Shown here: positions 60,295-64,000 of the stretch, piece by piece
Numbering within the stretch: the stretch's first letter is position 1
Layout of the letters: each line of letters starts with the position of its first letter
Assembly: GCA_051294375.1 (NCBI GenBank)
Contig: CM119267.1
Location: forward strand, 8,122,260-8,186,259
Direction of reading: 5' to 3'
Length of the DNA stretch: 64,000 bases
Origin: Paraspadella gotoi
Lineage: Eukaryota; Animalia; Chaetognatha
The notes under the pieces: model-generated
The model's database searches: none
Told to the model about the DNA's origin: nothing
Seen by the model: only the letters and a program-made list of their open reading frames with translations
Program-made: the position numbers and the translations under genes

Positions 60295-63200
60295 ACAGAC
60301 GGACGAAATGCCTGCCTCGTCGAAGCAAGGCCGGCTGTTCCCAGACGTTTGCAAGAACAACTAATTGGTGAGTTCAAAAGTGGGCAAAGTCGTTCTTAGG
60401 AATCTATTCGTTTTAACAGATTTAGTTGGTTTTCTTTCTCTTTCGTCGCGTTATTGAGGATTTAGAAATTTATATATAGTATATATATAAAAGTCGGCAA
60501 CGATAATGGAATTTTATATCTTTAAAACAAAATTGGGACATGTTTTGACTTTGGTGTTCAAGTCTTTTCATGCATCGCAGATTCATTAAACTAACGGCAA
60601 AATTACGCTCATCGTATAGGAAAAGGATAGGAAATGAAATTAACATTTTCGTTAATGTTAATTTAGAGGTCATTTTTTAAGCAAGTCAAGGAATCAGCCG
60701 CCCCGGCTCAATGTCCGCCAATTTTTGATCAACAGGTGTATCGTACGAAGTGCCATTGCGAGAAGGCTACAACCTCGTTCGGGGAAGACGACACTAGACC
60801 TGCAGAAGAGGGCGGATGTCAGTTTGAGATCACCAACATCCGTGCCGGTCTCATCTGCTCGCCGGAATTTCCCCGACATGTATCCTGGGGAAAGAAAGAT
60901 TGCAAACCGTGGCAGCTTCACCGCTCATACGCCGGGCACAGGTGGATGAAAAGGGAGAGGAAGAGTTCAAGAAGAGCAAAAGAGAGAGAGGAGAGGAATA
61001 AAAAATTCGGAATGCGTAAAACAAAAGGGAATAAAAAAATAAATATCCGGCTTTGTTTATAAGAATCCTCTACTGCAGTGGAATCAGTAAAAAATTTTCA
61101 AAATTTTTCCTTTTTTTTAAAATTTTTATTTTCTTTTCTTCGCTCGATTTTCTGATTTTGTCTCTCTTTTTCGAACTTTTGAAAATATTTTTTTTTAAAC
61201 TATTCAGTTTTCTAATTTATAGGTTACCTTATCGCCGCTTTTTCGTCATGTACAAGTTTCCGTTTTCCCAAGTTCATATTCTACCTTTTTGCTCCGCCCA
61301 TTTTTGTTCTTAGCTTTAATGCGCGATTTTTTATCCACTATTCATCTGTCGGTCTCATAAATGAAAAATGTTGGCTTGCCACCATCACTTTTCCGGCTTT
61401 GGTACTTCGCGTTTCTGTCTCTTCTGCTTCTTTCTGTTTCCTTCCTCTCTCTCTCATTTTCCATGATAAAACTGGTTGTTTGTAAAAGCCTTGGAAATGT
61501 AAAATTCTTCTGCGAATCCAGTGATAACACAATACGGTATAGATCTTCTTTTCCATCCTCTTTCCACCGCAAGAATCAAGCTGACCTTGCGTCCAATTCG
61601 GAGAGGAGCAGAACGGAGTGCGCCTAAAGATCACGTTGAACTTTACGACGGCGACAGCGGCCGAGCTGCTGGAGTCCTGGGTCGGTTTGCGGGACCGAGG
61701 TGCGCCGGAACCAATTGCGCCGCCTCGCCTAACAACTCTTTAAATGCGGTTCTAATTACGGACGCTTCTCCGGTGCAGCGAAACGGGAGTTTCAGGTAGC
61801 GACGGGAGGTTTTCGGGGGGTTGGGAGCTTGGAGTGGAACTGAAAGTAGGCATGAGGCGTATGCCTGTCTCATGATTGATTGTATGGACTTCAATATTTA
61901 GGTTTGTGTTAATTAGAATACTAAAGTTGAAAATAGTGCTCAATTAAGACGTAAATCTGGGATGCACCTCTGCTCAGCTTATATATTATATTATAGTTAT
62001 ATTACTAGTTATATTATAGTTGCTGTTTATTTTTCTGTATTTGTTAACCAGACTAGAAATGAATTTTAATGAAAACTCCAAACTGACCCAAAATGAAATT
62101 AAAAACCGGCTCTCCTCTACTAAAATCTCCTTGCTTACTCTCTCTGTCCGTCTTCTAAATAATCACGGATCAGTATCGTTTCTGTAAACGACGAATCTTA
62201 CGAAACGAATTCCATGTGCCGTCTCTTCCCTCTTCAGGGCCAATACACGAGCCGTTTGCGGCCGGCTGTCCTGCCAAGCGACGAGCGATCCTGCAGCAAC
62301 TCTTCTCACAAAACACGCCACCTAACGGCGAACGCGGCAAATACAAACAAACAAAGAGAAACTGGCGACTGGAAGATCCGATCGAGGACCCGGAGTTTCG
62401 GAGTCCGAACTGCAGATTCTGTCAGCTTGCGAAGTCCGAGGGCCGAAAAAGTTGAACGTGCGGATACGAATACGTTGAGGTGCTTGTGAGGCGATTGTGG
62501 ACGATTGTGGACAAGAAGTTGTGGGCTAATGCGTGGGAAAGGAAAGGAAATGGGAACGGTCCTGAATTAAACGATTGTCTTTTTTGTTTCCAAAAATGCT
62601 TTAAAATCGAATAGCTCTTTTAGTGTAAGCCGATGTAAATGCAGCGGGTTTAATAAAATTAATATGAAACTCTAGTACTAGTATCTGTGGAGGTATATTT
62701 CAACCCCACGGCTTCACATCGCACCATCGTTCAGAGCCAATCCGCATTGGCCTCAGAGGGGAAACGCCCATTCCCGGCGTTGTGTTTCGGATGCCACAGT
62801 CGCTAAAGACTTCCCTCTACGTTGGCAAAGCGAGAACCGTCCTAAGTGGTAACCCCCCCCGAATGACAGGAGGCGACACGTGAGGGTCGGTAGCCTAAGC
62901 CACAGTGAGATGGCTGCGCCGGTTCCACAATGGGCGTGCAAATCAGGCTGTTTGCATAAGTACACGGTCGTATTTTTACAAAATTCATCTGTCGCTCTGT
63001 GTTTCTTGTAATGCCATTTTTATTTGATTGATCGTTCTTCCTCTTTGTTAAAACAAAATCTGCATATCGCTTTTCCCGTGTCAGTCAATCTTTTTCCCCC
63101 GCCCCACGGATTAAACCTTCAATTCTTCATACCCCTCGAGGTGTACGAGGTGCGGGACGACACGGCCAACTCTTCGGACAGATTTTGTGACAACAAACGT

Positions 63201-63365
63201 CCGATACGAATCACGGTCAGAAACGACGCCTTTGCGGTGAGATTCAGATCGGACGACACATTCAAACTGGGCCGGATATCAAGCAGCGTGAAGTTGGGTA
63301 GGGGAGGGGATGTGGATGAAATGATCATGGCTAGTGGCTTACGCAATACGCGCGTAACAACTTGA
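60295..63365 (+). CDS. BMP1: 3' exons of a BMP1/tolloid-like astacin metalloprotease (Ca-binding EGF + CUB + CUB); approx. exons 60295-60367, 60736-60941, 61574-61795, 62238-62478, 63141-63365; heavily frameshifted by read noise
   Basis: Fragments across frames: DEC..AGCSQ.CKN..G|SYEC.C.EGY; EEGGCQFEITN..GLICSP.FPDMYPG.KDC.W...TPGHR|IKLT; ECA.DHVELYDGDSG...VLGRF; DAS.VQRNG; QQLFS; DWKIRS...FGVR; CGYEYVE|VYE..DDTA...RFC...VRFRSDDT. The order matches EGF2-CUB4-CUB5 of BMP1/tolloid. Donors gtgagt, gtggat, gtagcg, gtgctt. Confidence 0.85.
62685..62960 (+). mobile_element. ~270-bp structured dispersed repeat (SINE-like), copy C, in a BMP1 intron
   Basis: Homologous along its length to the reverse complement of 42890-43142. 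Confidence 0.75.
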
Positions 63366-63580
63366 TGAGAGGAGGAAGAGGAGGATGAATGCGTGGCTGA
63401 CGAAGACACGAGACTTCTGGGCTCGAGGGCTGGTTTGGTCGTATGGTTTTTATTTTATTTTGATTACAAAATTGAACTATACTAATTGGGATGTTCTAGT
63501 ACGTAATTATAGGTTATAAAAAAAATGTAAATGAGGTTGAGTATTAATTTAAGGTNNNNNNNNNNNNNNNNNNNNNNNNN

Positions 63581-64000
63581 GACAAAGGCGAAGGCAATGA
63601 CGACAGAGGCAAAGGCGATGTTTACTGATGGAATAGGAACAACCATGAAAAAGGCAAAGATGGCCAAAGCTAAGGCGGTAATGACTAAGGAGAAGGCAAT
63701 AACAATTCAGGCAAAGGCTTCCATGACTTAGGCTATAGTGATAACAACTAAGGCAATGACGAAGAAGAAGATGGCGACGAAAATTTCGGCGATGAGGTGA
63801 CAGCGACGACGACAGAGGCAAAGGCAATGACGACTGGGATCTATCTATCTATAGATAAAAGCGACGACTCCTGGCAAAGACGATGAGTAAAACTAAGAAG
63901 ATGACAATTCGACTGTGGCAAACTCGAGGAGGCAATGACGAAACAAATGACAAAACAAAAGACAAAACAAAGAATGTATTTCTAAAATTCCAATGTTAGT
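63581..64000 (+). repeat. Second copy of the distal minisatellite and its unique right flank (equivalent to ~56200-56612)
   Basis: Shares caggcaa(a)ggctt(t)ccatgacttag and aagaatgtatttct(ct)aaaattccaatgtta with 56333-56612. Starts right after a 25-N gap. Confidence 0.8.

Overview
AT-rich, microsatellite-laden eukaryotic genomic DNA, most likely an invertebrate animal, from a noisy, gap-filled long-read scaffold. Three spliced genes can be reconstructed from the sequence: a diacylglycerol lipase (DAGL, beta-like, minus strand, ~31.5-34.9 kb), a complete six-exon acyl-CoA thioesterase 9 (ACOT9, minus strand, 39.4-42.5 kb) and the 3' exons (EGF-CUB-CUB) of a BMP1/tolloid protease (plus strand, ~60.3-63.4 kb). 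Much of 11.5-31 kb, 35-36.7 kb and 63.6-64 kb is redundant direct or inverted copy, usually next to 25-N gaps and with base-biased indels, so probably assembly or haplotype artefact. The most interesting signals are: a ~250 bp hairpin-rich SINE-like family with 3 clear and 2 weaker copies; a presence/absence insertion with a 6-bp target duplication ~120 nt upstream of the DAGL ATG; a GC-AG intron and a poly-A-preceded acceptor in ACOT9; and repeated use of non-YAG acceptors. I cannot support a claim of a wholly new multi-gene system. All homology calls are by eye from remembered family motifs; no database search was run.
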